Below, piece after piece: positions 16,268-27,167 of a DNA stretch of 41,783 nt. The stretch covers positions 1 through 41,783 of IMG/VR virus record IMGVR_UViG_3300023275_000006. The stretch is one strand, 5' to 3'. The translations under genes and the position numbers were made by a program. The stretch is from a virus (lineage: Duplodnaviria; Caudoviricetes). Within the stretch, counting starts at the first letter, position 1, and each line of letters starts with the position of its first letter. Below the pieces are notes generated by a model. The model ran no database searches and was not told the DNA's origin. It saw only the letters and a program-made list of their open reading frames with translations.

Positions 16268-19200
16268 ATGCCACAAACAATCCTAGTTAATGATTTCTCG
16301 GCCGGGTGGATTCCCAGCGATGATCCAATTACGGGCCGGAAGAATGGGTTCTCGGATATTCAGAATCTGGAGCTGGAACAGAATGGTGCGGTACGGCTAA
16401 CGGGCGGGAGTTTAAGACTTGCTCCAGCTTATCAAGACACAGTCCGTGATTTGTACGTGACATACATGAATATGCTCCGTACTGATTATGCCGGGGACAA
16501 GGCTGGGAATATTTATAGAAACCGGGCCGTAATAGCTACAGGCGGTAGCGTTGATGCGTCGAACAAGTTTGCGAGAACGTGCTTCGCTGATGCTTTTGAC
16601 TTTACTCTTATTTGCTCTGGTGCTGTTCGCATTAAAGACAATGGGACGAGTACTGTTCCACTTGGACTTACTACCCCTAGTGGTCCCGTTGTTGGTACCT
16701 TCGAGATATTAAGCACGCAACATTTAGAAAATCAGCAATGGCAGATTGTGGGCGGAGTAACATATTCAGGCCCGGTCGCTAATTACCTGAATCCAACAAT
16801 CAACAATACTACTGTTACCTATGAATCTACTGGGGACATGAGTGCTGTGTTGGGGTTCATTCCTGATTACTCTAATTTCTTTGACACGCTTCCTCCGGTG
16901 CCCATTACAGGTGTCGGGCCGACAGATAGTGATATTTACTATTTCACGTTTGCGCGCCAAGTAGGATCTCTGCTGGATATCTCTAGGATCACTATTGAAT
17001 TCTTACTTGACCAGCCAAATGGAACGGGAAGTGTTTCTAATTTCTATCGCTACGTCTATGACAGGGCGCTGCCAGATACCAATATTGCCACGTTTAATGT
17101 AACGACTGGATCATTGAATATTCCGCGGGGATCTTTTGAGAAATTCGGGGCGTCTACTAAGAACTGGTCCACGGTTTATGGATTTCGCACGACTATTACT
17201 ACGACTGCAAATGTGCAGTTCACGATGCAATGGTCAACAACGGTTGGATTTCAGGGTGGCGATGTTCCACTGAGATACGGCTACGATGATTATCAATGGG
17301 TCCAGATCTATGTTTCTAAGAATGGCTCATATGTTGGTAAATCAATGCCGAGCGCGCCTCTTGCGCCTTACAGTCATACAAACCTTGCTAATGGCTTGGC
17401 TCGTCTTACTCCTAATCTTGGCGGTATTACTGCTGATGTTAACGAGATTTGGGTATTCCGTAGGGGCGGTGGTTTGGATCAATATTATAGGGTAATGGTT
17501 ATTAAACCTCCCGTAACACAGGTGAACGGGTATCCTGATTTAGTTACTGATGAAGAAGCTCTCTTTGAAAACATTATTCTTAACACGGATCTCGTATCTG
17601 TGGCTACTCTTACTGAGGACATTTTATCAATTGTTGGCCCGATGGAAGGTCGATGGTTTTATTTTACGAATAATTTTATCTATCCGTCTGAGATCAATAA
17701 TCCGGATCTCGTCGATATTGGAAAGGCAATAAGAATTAATGGCTCTAACAGTGAGCTATTCCTGTGGGCGGCCAAAGTAGCAGTAGCCACAATTATGGTT
17801 GCTACCACGAAGGATATTTATGTTCTTTCAGGCACTTTTCAGACTTACCCTGACTTTTCTATTGATATTTACTATCGCCCGCTTGGTATCAAGCATCCTC
17901 CTGTTATACGTCAGGTGGCTATCTACAACGGAATTTGCTATAGCCTTGCCAGCGATGGTTGGAGAATGTATGATTCTAGTGGCGGCGATGTTAACTTAGT
18001 TATACCGAATACTGATATTTTGTACTCGGGCATAACTAGTTCTAACTCATCGTTTATTCCGGGCCAAGCACCGGGAACTTACTTCTATCCTTGCGCTATT
18101 GATGGTGAGAAATTCTACGCCATTGTGTTTGAGAGGGTCGAGGTTTATCATATTGCCCGGAAATATTGGGCTACGCTACATTATGAAGGCTTCACGTCTG
18201 CATCTGTGCTAGCTAGTATTCCGGGCGGGGGCATGACTGCTGTATTGAATGTCGATAAGATTCAGCGGGATTTCGACAGGCGCAGTAATTTATTACTTAA
18301 CAACACAGACAAACAGAGCTTTTTCTATATTACCCCAGCATTCGATAATGGGCAGCCCGCGAACAATAAGGATCCACTTACATTCAAATGGCACGGGAAT
18401 CTTGGTGTAGCCGGAGATGTTGTTACTTTTGGAGTCATAACTGAGGGTGGGTTCTCTACTCCAATTGGCACTGTTAGTTTCACGGGCACGACACCCGCGC
18501 TGCATATCCTTAATGCCAACATCATACCGTCGAGCCGATTTTACCGATTCACAGTTAATGGCGTGGCGGCTAACTTTGTACAGGAGTGGATGTCTCTTGA
18601 TTACGAGGCGCATCCTGCACAGCTCACACATTTAATAATTCGGCCCAGTAACTTCGGGATCTCTAGTGAGAAGCGTGTTCGAGCATGGCCGTTTATAATT
18701 GATGCGCTGGGCAACAGTGTTACTTTCACGCCCAATGTCGATAACGTGCCCATTACACCGGATACGTTTAACCATAACTACAAAAAGACCTATGTTTACA
18801 AATTTATTGAAGACGCCTTTGGTACTGATTACGGCGGGGTATTTCATGGGGGTCCTTTTGAATACTGGGGGGAAGATGCTAGTGAAATCAATGGTGTTAG
18901 CAGCTTGGCGGGTCCACCAACAATAGTTGAGACACTTCCACAAGGTGTGAGATTTGATCAAGTCGGGCCGGAAGAGTTAGCTCGATATGGTAAAATCATG
19001 CAGTTTGATTTAAGACTACTTTCTCGGGGCACACCATTGCCTTGGAAGCTGTATTTTAACGACAACACGATGGCTACAGGTGAGCTAGAATGTCGTGTCA
19101 ATGAACAGTGGTCTTATAATATTTCTATGCCCAAAGGTGTGTCGGGTCATATTGTGCGAATTGAACTCGGGCCTGCGAATTATGATTTCCACAGATACTA

Positions 19201-19276
19201 TATCCGTATCCTTTGTGCCCGTAGTGGCGGAGATACACAGAACGAATGGATAGCACTAGGGGGCAAGAAACGATAA
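16268..19276 (+). CDS. Tail nozzle / tail tubular protein B-like protein (1002 aa)
   Basis: N-terminal NDFSAGW...N.ELE.NGAV motif, beta-rich composition, position after the adaptors. Confidence 0.7.
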   Translation: MPQTILVNDFSAGWIPSDDPITGRKNGFSDIQNLELEQNGAVRLTGGSLRLAPAYQDTVRDLYVTYMNMLRTDYAGDKAGNIYRNRAVIATGGSVDASNKFARTCFADAFDFTLICSGAVRIKDNGTSTVPLGLTTPSGPVVGTFEILSTQHLENQQWQIVGGVTYSGPVANYLNPTINNTTVTYESTGDMSAVLGFIPDYSNFFDTLPPVPITGVGPTDSDIYYFTFARQVGSLLDISRITIEFLLDQPNGTGSVSNFYRYVYDRALPDTNIATFNVTTGSLNIPRGSFEKFGASTKNWSTVYGFRTTITTTANVQFTMQWSTTVGFQGGDVPLRYGYDDYQWVQIYVSKNGSYVGKSMPSAPLAPYSHTNLANGLARLTPNLGGITADVNEIWVFRRGGGLDQYYRVMVIKPPVTQVNGYPDLVTDEEALFENIILNTDLVSVATLTEDILSIVGPMEGRWFYFTNNFIYPSEINNPDLVDIGKAIRINGSNSELFLWAAKVAVATIMVATTKDIYVLSGTFQTYPDFSIDIYYRPLGIKHPPVIRQVAIYNGICYSLASDGWRMYDSSGGDVNLVIPNTDILYSGITSSNSSFIPGQAPGTYFYPCAIDGEKFYAIVFERVEVYHIARKYWATLHYEGFTSASVLASIPGGGMTAVLNVDKIQRDFDRRSNLLLNNTDKQSFFYITPAFDNGQPANNKDPLTFKWHGNLGVAGDVVTFGVITEGGFSTPIGTVSFTGTTPALHILNANIIPSSRFYRFTVNGVAANFVQEWMSLDYEAHPAQLTHLIIRPSNFGISSEKRVRAWPFIIDALGNSVTFTPNVDNVPITPDTFNHNYKKTYVYKFIEDAFGTDYGGVFHGGPFEYWGEDASEINGVSSLAGPPTIVETLPQGVRFDQVGPEELARYGKIMQFDLRLLSRGTPLPWKLYFNDNTMATGELECRVNEQWSYNISMPKGVSGHIVRIELGPANYDFHRYYIRILCARSGGDTQNEWIALGGKKR

Positions 19277-19279
19277 CCT

Positions 19280-19501
19280 ATGCCAACTAATGAACTCAGA
19301 CAAGATCAACATGATGCGCTCATTACTCGGGACTTTGTCTTAAAGGGGCGCCGTGTACGGGAAGCTGCTGATGCAGAATTGCCCGGAGATTATATTACCA
19401 AACGTCAACTTGATGCTCTTATTGATAAACTTACTGCTTTGCAGGGGACTGTTGTAGCTCTCCAATTGCAATTGAATATTGTTAGGAAGAGGGCATCATA
19501 A
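19280..19501 (+). CDS. Small virion protein with fibre-type motif and coiled coil (73 aa)
   Basis: KGRRVREAADAELPGDYITKRQLD resembles trimeric fibre neck repeats. Confidence 0.55.
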   Translation: MPTNELRQDQHDALITRDFVLKGRRVREAADAELPGDYITKRQLDALIDKLTALQGTVVALQLQLNIVRKRAS

Positions 19502-21510
19502 TGGCGAGTTTTGCTAATGGGCTTACCAGTTATTTACAGAAAATTCCGGGGCTTAATTTCAATCCAGAGACTCAACCTACAGGTGGTGGTTCTGTGTGGG
19601 CGGACCTACTTAAGAATCTAGGTCAAATAACAATACCTGATCTTAATGGGCCGCAAGATCCTATAAAGATTCCAGGTGATCCGGGGCCGGGGACTACTGT
19701 ACCTACGGGTGGTACTGTCCCAATTAGCTCATTGCCGGGGGTTAACATTAATCAGGGCGTTAACCAAAAGACGGACCCTGCGATGTTCTCTTTGTTGATG
19801 GCGTTAGCGGGCGGTGCTGGTTATTTTGGTACACCTAGTAGTTCTACTACGAACACTACGGGCGCCACCAATACAAATACCACCGGAACAACGAATCAGA
19901 ATACTACTGGCACGACAACTCAGAGTGGTGTCAATACTACTACGCCGAACCTCTCGACAGGGCAGCAAGGTTTAATAGATTCGCTGACTCGACAGTATGG
20001 GAGCATTACTAGTGGAATCCCGGCTGCAATGCAAGGTATCAAGAATACCGGGATGCAGACGATTAATAGGGGCGCTCAGGCAGCACAAAGAGGACTTAGT
20101 GAGAATCTTGCTGCTCGTGGTCTTGCTAATTCTCCTGCGTCTGGTGTGGCAATAGGAAATCAGGACAATCAACGATTCGCTAGCCAGAACCAGTTCCTGC
20201 AATCATTACCGCTGACGCAACAACAGATGACCTTGAATGCTATGGGTCAAGCTGGTAACTTCGCACTTGGTATCCCGCACGGTCAAACAACGACGCAGAC
20301 TGGGACTACGGACACGAATCAACAGACTACGGGAACCACTAATCAGAGCACAATTGGCTCGACCACTGGAACATCGAGTACTGAAGAACAAAAAGGTGGT
20401 GGACTTCAAGGATTGCTGGGTGGTCTAGCTACTATTCTTAGTGAAGAGATGTATGGGAAATATCGTCAACCTGTCACATATAACATTAATAACAATCCTA
20501 GTGTGAATGCGCCGTCACAATCTACAACTGCTGCGGGCGGTGCAGGTGGAAGTGGCGGAAGTGGTGGAAGTAGCGATGGTGGTAGTTGGCTGGATACATT
20601 AAAGGAGATAGCTAAGAAGATTGGGGGAGGAATTAAAATCCCGGGTTTTAATGAGGGGGTTGAACCCCCGCAGTCAACAGAGCCAGTAACAACGCCCCCA
20701 ATTATAGCACCGCCAGCAAATATTGATTTTGAGCGGCAGCATCCGACACCCACGGCACCAACTCCGCCGAAAGAGCAAGTTGAGTCGAATATTGAATACG
20801 GGCCCGTAGTTGTTCCGCCCATAATACCAATACCAACAAGCCCAGAACCACAACCACCTGTAGAGAATATACCAACTCAGAATACTCAAGAAATTCCGCC
20901 ACAGCAGACTCAAGTAGATTCACAAATTTATTATCCAAGCCCGCCGTGGAATGGGCCACAAGGAGATCCGGGACCATTTCCTGAACCTCAACAACCTACG
21001 TGGCCTACTAGTGAGGAAGACACATCAGCGCCGGGCCGTGTTGTTTATGATCCGACGACAGGTGAGGTTCATGAGGATTCTGGTCAACCGGGGCCGAATA
21101 TTGATTACGGAAGTTTACCACCTGCGACGCCCGGTGAAATCAATTGGGAACAGTTTGATCCAAATTATCAAGATCCGTTCTATCAACCTGAACTGACTCC
21201 ACCTAATTTTGGTGGCGGTAGTATGGAAGCACCCGCTGAACAACAGCCGTGGAATCCTTTCGAGAATTTACAAGGAGATCCGGGAAACTGGGGCCAGCAA
21301 ATTAATGATCCTTGGGCCGCACCCACACAGGAATTTGGTGTTAGCTCGGATATTTGGTATGGGGACTCTGGTGGTGGCGGCGGGGAGACTGGATATGGCC
21401 AGAGCTTTGTTTCTGACTATGATCGTAGCACGTTCCCCGGTATGAGTGACGGTGAAATCTTGAGCATGAAGATGTCTGCTCCGTGGGCATTTCAGGATTG
21501 GCGAGGATAA
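19501..21510 (+). CDS. Putative internal virion/ejection protein (669 aa, low complexity)
   Basis: T/G/Q-rich N-half with LAARGL..S motif; Pro/acidic C-half; position after the tail genes. Confidence 0.65.
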   Translation: MASFANGLTSYLQKIPGLNFNPETQPTGGGSVWADLLKNLGQITIPDLNGPQDPIKIPGDPGPGTTVPTGGTVPISSLPGVNINQGVNQKTDPAMFSLLMALAGGAGYFGTPSSSTTNTTGATNTNTTGTTNQNTTGTTTQSGVNTTTPNLSTGQQGLIDSLTRQYGSITSGIPAAMQGIKNTGMQTINRGAQAAQRGLSENLAARGLANSPASGVAIGNQDNQRFASQNQFLQSLPLTQQQMTLNAMGQAGNFALGIPHGQTTTQTGTTDTNQQTTGTTNQSTIGSTTGTSSTEEQKGGGLQGLLGGLATILSEEMYGKYRQPVTYNINNNPSVNAPSQSTTAAGGAGGSGGSGGSSDGGSWLDTLKEIAKKIGGGIKIPGFNEGVEPPQSTEPVTTPPIIAPPANIDFERQHPTPTAPTPPKEQVESNIEYGPVVVPPIIPIPTSPEPQPPVENIPTQNTQEIPPQQTQVDSQIYYPSPPWNGPQGDPGPFPEPQQPTWPTSEEDTSAPGRVVYDPTTGEVHEDSGQPGPNIDYGSLPPATPGEINWEQFDPNYQDPFYQPELTPPNFGGGSMEAPAEQQPWNPFENLQGDPGNWGQQINDPWAAPTQEFGVSSDIWYGDSGGGGGETGYGQSFVSDYDRSTFPGMSDGEILSMKMSAPWAFQDWRG

Positions 21511-21516
21511 ATAATC

Positions 21517-23106
21517 ATGGGAATGGAAGCCGTTGAAACAATATTGAAGGCCATTCAAGGTGCCAAGGGCCGTAGGGCTGAGGGTGAAGAAGCTGCGGCT
21601 CGTTTAGAGTTTCAGCGTGAACAACTAAAACAGCAGAAAGATCAAAATGCTGCTGAATTAGCTTTTCGTGAAAAACAACATGCTTTGGCCGTTGCTATTG
21701 GGGAAGCCCAAATCGCTGCTGAGAAACAACGCATGGCGGGCGAGGAACAGAAAGTTCTTGCCGGTATTCAAAAGGGTGATCCTGCGCCCAGTGGATATAA
21801 GGTTCAAGCCCAGCAACGAATTGTCAATGCACCCCCCGTCGAGCAACAACAAACGGCGCCAAGTAATACGGCTATTGGATCATCAGCACCTAACTTTCCA
21901 CAATACTCCGGCCCGGGACAACAGCTGCGTCCTCAGGATCGTCGAAGTGTAACAACTCCGAGTGGACAAGAATCGGTGATGCTGACACCGCAGGACTATG
22001 CCACACAGCAAGGAACATTAAGTTTGATGAATCAAAAACCTGGCTTGGATTACAAAGCTGGACTTGATGCTCAGACTGCGAAGACGGCCCACGATTATGA
22101 AGTTGACGACGCAACACAGGCGTACAATCGTAGTATTGCCAAGGGTAGTGTTGACTTCATGTATCTTAAACGAATCCACGAACTTGATAATGCGGCTGCA
22201 CTGGAGCGGGCCAAGATTGAAGCAGCGAATCGTTGGTCTATTGCACAATTTAATAAACAAGGTGGCACAGAGTTTGACCCAATTCCAATTGCCAAGAAAC
22301 TCTTAAATGGGACGCACACCTTGGAGGAGCTTGCTGCACTTGGGCTGAAACAAGATGAGCGCAAGTTTGTAGAGAAAATAGTTGACGATATGGGCGGCGT
22401 AATTCCTAAGACCAAGCAAGTTGAAGGACTGCGGACTTATGGTAGTTTCATCCCTGTACTCAAGAATTATGAAGCATTGTACGAAAGAACACTTGAGTCA
22501 AGTAATAAACCCGCGGCCGTAGTCAACAACATGCTACGGAATTCTGCGGAAACTAAGGCTTTGGCTGAAGCTGTAAACGGAGCAAAGGTTAGTCTTGCGG
22601 CCGTATTAGCTGGGCAAGGTCGTCAAGTTTCCGGTTCTGAAGCTGATGCGGCTGTTAATCAGTACACGCCTAGTTTGGGCTTGTTTGGTGGTAGTGGCGA
22701 TCCTAAGACTGTCATTAAATTTAGGTTGGACAATCTCAAGGCATCTGCAAAACAATATCTTGAGGGCCTTACTCCGGGGATGCCCGATTGGCAACGTCGA
22801 GATATTATGCGAGGCCAAGGCATACCTGAGCAATATTTGTTTACGCGGGAAGATGTTGACAAGTATGATCCTGGGGCCTACGCAAAACAGAAATTTGGTA
22901 ATACGGGCGCGGGAACTACACCAACGGGGCCTGCTATTCCGGCTCCAAGTATTATTGAACCTCCAACACCGGGAATTAGAAATCTACAACCTCCACCACT
23001 ATTGACTCCGCCGCCGGGTACTACACCCCCGACCGGAAATCAACAAACTGCACCGATACCATTTAAGCCTGAAGTAAAGATTCCTCGTAATTTAAGGAGA
23101 CCCTAA
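21517..23106 (+). CDS. Putative ejection protein (529 aa)
   Basis: Helical/coiled-coil Q/A-rich protein in the ejection-gene position. Confidence 0.6.
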   Translation: MGMEAVETILKAIQGAKGRRAEGEEAAARLEFQREQLKQQKDQNAAELAFREKQHALAVAIGEAQIAAEKQRMAGEEQKVLAGIQKGDPAPSGYKVQAQQRIVNAPPVEQQQTAPSNTAIGSSAPNFPQYSGPGQQLRPQDRRSVTTPSGQESVMLTPQDYATQQGTLSLMNQKPGLDYKAGLDAQTAKTAHDYEVDDATQAYNRSIAKGSVDFMYLKRIHELDNAAALERAKIEAANRWSIAQFNKQGGTEFDPIPIAKKLLNGTHTLEELAALGLKQDERKFVEKIVDDMGGVIPKTKQVEGLRTYGSFIPVLKNYEALYERTLESSNKPAAVVNNMLRNSAETKALAEAVNGAKVSLAAVLAGQGRQVSGSEADAAVNQYTPSLGLFGGSGDPKTVIKFRLDNLKASAKQYLEGLTPGMPDWQRRDIMRGQGIPEQYLFTREDVDKYDPGAYAKQKFGNTGAGTTPTGPAIPAPSIIEPPTPGIRNLQPPPLLTPPPGTTPPTGNQQTAPIPFKPEVKIPRNLRRP

Positions 23107-25913
23107 TGCCTCAAGGAATGAAACTTACTCCTGAAGAAGAATTAGCACTTCAACTTTATCAATCACAGAAACCAACGCAGGCTAATAGTCCTAATAACGG
23201 GACTGGTAATTACAATGTTGACTTCGTAAAGGCACTTGGGGATGTTGGGAAATTCGGGATTGGTAATATTGGTGGTTTTGAAAAGAACTACCGTGACTCC
23301 AACCCGGCCGTAGACTATAAAACTCCGCCGCGTAGTCCTGTGATGCCCATTGTTTACGAGGGCTACAATAAGCCAAGTGAGGGTGGTACGGCCCCTAAAT
23401 TAAGCGACGCCGAAGTTCAGAATATTGCTGGGATGACAGAAGCGGAGGCAGCACCAGCGCCCGAAACTCCTATTCCTGCGAATCCTGAGGAAGCCAAATT
23501 AGTAAAAACGCAGCCGATTGCCCCTTACCAAATCCCTGACTATGGTGATTTCCGCAAGACTATTGATACGCTACGTCGTGGGGAGATGCCTGAATCTTAT
23601 ATTCAGAACAAACTCCAGCAAGAACAACGTGAAGCTACGTGGGAGGATATTTCAGAGAAGTACAAATTGAACTTAACTGATCCTAAGACGTGGACAACAA
23701 TAACACAGCGTGGAGATACATCAAAACCTCCTCCGTCTGGGGATACATTTCAGCTACTTTTCAAGAGTCCAGAATTTAATGCTGAGCCGATCCTAATGCA
23801 GCAGAAAGTTGCTGCTCAGTTAGATCCTGTGATTGGCCGATATTCTCCAGCGGAGTATTTTGAATTTCGTGCAAATTCTCCTTATCCGTTGCCTGAGTCC
23901 ATGCGGCCCGAGCCACCTAGTAAAGTTGACTATGCTATGGATTTTGCCCGGCCAATAATTGATGGTGCAATCATGGCATCAAAGTTGGGTGGATCTACTT
24001 GGCAGGGAATGACAGCTAGGACCATGTTATCGTTTATCATGGACAATGCAATTCAGTCTCAACTACATGATGAGCCAACTTCTGTTGCAGCGGAATTAGC
24101 AGGATTCGAGCCACATAGTTTCAAGGCCCGTGTCTTCAATACTCTTCAGATGCTTGGTTTGAACAAAGTAGGGGACAAGGCATTTGATAAACTAGGTATC
24201 GGTAAGTTCATGCTAGATGCTGCTGAGACTGCATTTGCCGTGCCCGCAGTTATTAAAAATTGGAAGAATCCTAGTACGGGAAATAAGGTTCTCGATGATC
24301 TTGGTGCGACGTACAGTATGTATAAGCAGAAGACCTTCGGAGATCGACCTATATCTAGAGTAATTGAAGACCTGTGGGCCACTACAAGAAAAGCCAACAT
24401 GCAAGATGAGGCTGCTCGTAGAACCTACCAAAAGGGTATCGGCTGGGCAGAGAAAGCTAGTGGAATTAAGAATCCGACGACAGCTGATCTGGCGTTGAGT
24501 TTACAGCGGCGCCTAGATTCTGGGTTGGCTCAAGTTAATGCTACGGCTGACAAGGAAGCTGAAACTTGGATAGCTCATGCTCAATTGAACCCGGCCCCAT
24601 CTTATGGATTTGAGCCGCCACAGTTGGCTAAAGTTGATCCCAAGTCAACATTAACAGCTACAACTAGTCAAGGAGTCAAGACACTCTATCCTCGAACAGT
24701 TTATGGTCCGATCCACGCTGATAATTCTGCAGCCGCTGCAAATGAGTATTTGATGGCGCAGCAAAAACTGTACCCTGATATGGTTGCGCCGGCTGATGAA
24801 TTGACTCGAATAGCATTAGCCAATCAAATCATGCGTATTACTACGGCACAAGTGGATGAGGTTGTTGGTAGTCCTACTTTTGGTCAAGTGATCTCAACAC
24901 AGCCGTTCAACTCTGAAGAAGTGTGGGGAGTTCTAAAAGGGCTTGGTGACGGTGGTTATGGAGATTTAGTAACTAAGTCCACAGCAACGAAATCCCAAAA
25001 GTTGTTTCAACAATTGTATGCTACTTTCAGGGATGACGCTGACAGAAGTATTGCAAATCCCTTAAATTTCAAGAACGGCTCACAATCAGCTAGCGATTCA
25101 TTTCGTAAGGCTGTTGGAACATTAGATTTGAAGTATTCTACTTTTGGCACAGAGGCTGAGAACAATGCTCTTTGGCAATTGGTTGAGAATAAGAATACTC
25201 CAACTCCACAGGTAGAGACAATCCTTAAAGACAAGAAGCTACTGGAGCGTGTAATCAAGGTTAACCAATTCACTACTCCTACAGGCACTAAGATTAAGTC
25301 TAAGGATATGCTTGGGGATTTGCAAGGTTACGTGATTAAGCAAATCATGGAGGCCGCAAAGATACCTGATCCGGGTAATAGAAACGTCTTCAAGCTAGAT
25401 CCTGAGAAGTTGGCGATCCCGTTTCAACAATTAGAAACTTCGGGGATTGGTGCGGTGCTGTTCCCTAATAAAGCAGCCAAAACAAAGATGATGGACTTTC
25501 TTAATGGGGCGGCCTTCACACAACAGAAGCCGTACTCTCAGTCTATCATTCCTGCATTATGGATGGCTCGCAATAGCATTCCCGTGATTAGTGGAACACT
25601 GTTAGCAGCAGGTGGGGCTGGTTATCATTTTGCTGGGTCTTATGGAGTTGGAGCCGGTGCTATTGGGGTGGGACTTGGTGGGATTGCACTATCTAAAGCG
25701 TTCACTAATGAACAATTAGCCAAAAGCTTATACAACTTGTCACAGGGGATGCCGCTTGGTATCTCGCAGGATGCATTTAATAAATTGTTCGTGGGGGCAC
25801 TTCAAGGATTTACGATTTACTTAGTTCATGAGGATGGCTCGCAGATACCTGGGACTTTCGATGGTAAGGAATTTGTCCCAATGGATAAGTACCTGAAAGA
25901 TCAACACAAGTAA
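23106..25913 (+). CDS. Putative large ejection protein (935 aa)
   Basis: Last late gene; helical, with a Gly-rich hydrophobic segment near the C-terminus. Confidence 0.6.
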   Translation: MPQGMKLTPEEELALQLYQSQKPTQANSPNNGTGNYNVDFVKALGDVGKFGIGNIGGFEKNYRDSNPAVDYKTPPRSPVMPIVYEGYNKPSEGGTAPKLSDAEVQNIAGMTEAEAAPAPETPIPANPEEAKLVKTQPIAPYQIPDYGDFRKTIDTLRRGEMPESYIQNKLQQEQREATWEDISEKYKLNLTDPKTWTTITQRGDTSKPPPSGDTFQLLFKSPEFNAEPILMQQKVAAQLDPVIGRYSPAEYFEFRANSPYPLPESMRPEPPSKVDYAMDFARPIIDGAIMASKLGGSTWQGMTARTMLSFIMDNAIQSQLHDEPTSVAAELAGFEPHSFKARVFNTLQMLGLNKVGDKAFDKLGIGKFMLDAAETAFAVPAVIKNWKNPSTGNKVLDDLGATYSMYKQKTFGDRPISRVIEDLWATTRKANMQDEAARRTYQKGIGWAEKASGIKNPTTADLALSLQRRLDSGLAQVNATADKEAETWIAHAQLNPAPSYGFEPPQLAKVDPKSTLTATTSQGVKTLYPRTVYGPIHADNSAAAANEYLMAQQKLYPDMVAPADELTRIALANQIMRITTAQVDEVVGSPTFGQVISTQPFNSEEVWGVLKGLGDGGYGDLVTKSTATKSQKLFQQLYATFRDDADRSIANPLNFKNGSQSASDSFRKAVGTLDLKYSTFGTEAENNALWQLVENKNTPTPQVETILKDKKLLERVIKVNQFTTPTGTKIKSKDMLGDLQGYVIKQIMEAAKIPDPGNRNVFKLDPEKLAIPFQQLETSGIGAVLFPNKAAKTKMMDFLNGAAFTQQKPYSQSIIPALWMARNSIPVISGTLLAAGGAGYHFAGSYGVGAGAIGVGLGGIALSKAFTNEQLAKSLYNLSQGMPLGISQDAFNKLFVGALQGFTIYLVHEDGSQIPGTFDGKEFVPMDKYLKDQHK

Positions 25914-25952
25914 AACTAGGGGCCGTAGAGTTTAATATTCCGCGGCCCGTAG
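25912..25952 (-). terminator. Terminator at the convergence of the two arms
   Basis: GGGCCGT/GCGGCCC stem; TTTT tract follows on the minus strand. Confidence 0.6.
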
Positions 25953-25964
25953 CTCTGCTACTTC

Positions 25965-27152
25965 TTATTCCCCAATTATCATCTTGTTACGTCCAACTTC
26001 GGTGAGATAATAATAAGTATCTGTGCCGTTGACGGCCGTTTTTATCATATCTCCCCCTTCTGCCACTGAGATGAAACTATCGAGAGTCTCGCCCGTGAAA
26101 TGTAGCCAGTGATCTCTTAATAGTTTCTTTCTACTTACCTTGTACCCTGCTTTAATGGCTTCCTCAGTTATTAAAGCGTCGAGCACTCTCCTTCCACATT
26201 CCGCAATATCACTAGTCCCACCTGCTGTTGTGAACATGACATAGTTGGGCAGCAATTTTAATGTTTCTGCAATTGCTTCTTCTATGTGATTAGCACTTAC
26301 CTCAAGTGTTAAATCGTTGGCCGCTAGAATGAGGGATAGTTTTAAAATCCCTGTGTGAATACGTCCGAGCACGCCAATAGTATCTTTCTTCTTTACCAGT
26401 GAGTTCTTAAATGGAATGTACCAAGAATCATACATATCTCGGGCAGCTTGTGTTATCGTGAACACGCCCTTGAGATTTGATATCATCTTGAGTTTACCAA
26501 GTAAGGCTGCGTATGCTTCTTTAGTATCTGGTAATGAGAATAGACTATTTGCAGGCCGAGTTTCGTTTGGTGTAATTACAAATGTGCGGGCCAGTAATCC
26601 ACCTTGCGTTGCACGATTGTCGTAGACTTCTTTAAGCAGAGCTTCATTACTAGCTGCAAAGAAATTAAAGACAATGTGTTCTAATACTATCTTCCCGCCT
26701 ACGAGTCCCTTATCATATTTCTCCTTGTATTCATAAATGTCCGTGATAATTCCCACGGCTGCTGGATCATTAACTAGCGCGGCTGTTAATTCCGGTGCAA
26801 AGAATATTGCGGCCCCGCCTTTCATTAGCTTTTGTGTAGTCGGATCAGTTTCTACTCTGGAGAGATCAACAAGAATTGCTTGGATTGAAGATCGTCCAGA
26901 AATGACTTTGATATTTTTAAGGTCACTGATAAGTTTAGTTGCGAAATCAACAGGTCGTCCTTTACGTTGGCCGGAGTCTGCCAAGAATAAGACGTAGATA
27001 TTCGGAAAGAGTTTAGAATCTCCTTGTTGAAGCCAACATGAATCTCTGAGTGCAGCGGCAATTGAGACGTATCCACTCCACTTCCAGAATGATGTTGGTG
27101 ATTCATAAGGTTTGGAATATTCAAGCAAGGTTTCGATGAAGGTATTGGACAC
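25965..27152 (-). CDS. DUF3987 (YfjI-like) P-loop protein, putative replicative helicase
   Basis: ESP..F..WS, FPNIYVLFLADSGQRKG, ELT and GGLLARTFVI motifs; possible C-terminal winged helix. Confidence 0.8.
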   Translation of the reverse strand: MSNTFIETLLEYSKPYESPTSFWKWSGYVSIAAALRDSCWLQQGDSKLFPNIYVLFLADSGQRKGRPVDFATKLISDLKNIKVISGRSSIQAILVDLSRVETDPTTQKLMKGGAAIFFAPELTAALVNDPAAVGIITDIYEYKEKYDKGLVGGKIVLEHIVFNFFAASNEALLKEVYDNRATQGGLLARTFVITPNETRPANSLFSLPDTKEAYAALLGKLKMISNLKGVFTITQAARDMYDSWYIPFKNSLVKKKDTIGVLGRIHTGILKLSLILAANDLTLEVSANHIEEAIAETLKLLPNYVMFTTAGGTSDIAECGRRVLDALITEEAIKAGYKVSRKKLLRDHWLHFTGETLDSFISVAEGGDMIKTAVNGTDTYYYLTEVGRNKMIIGE

Positions 27153-27167
27153 ATGAAGTTCCTGAGA

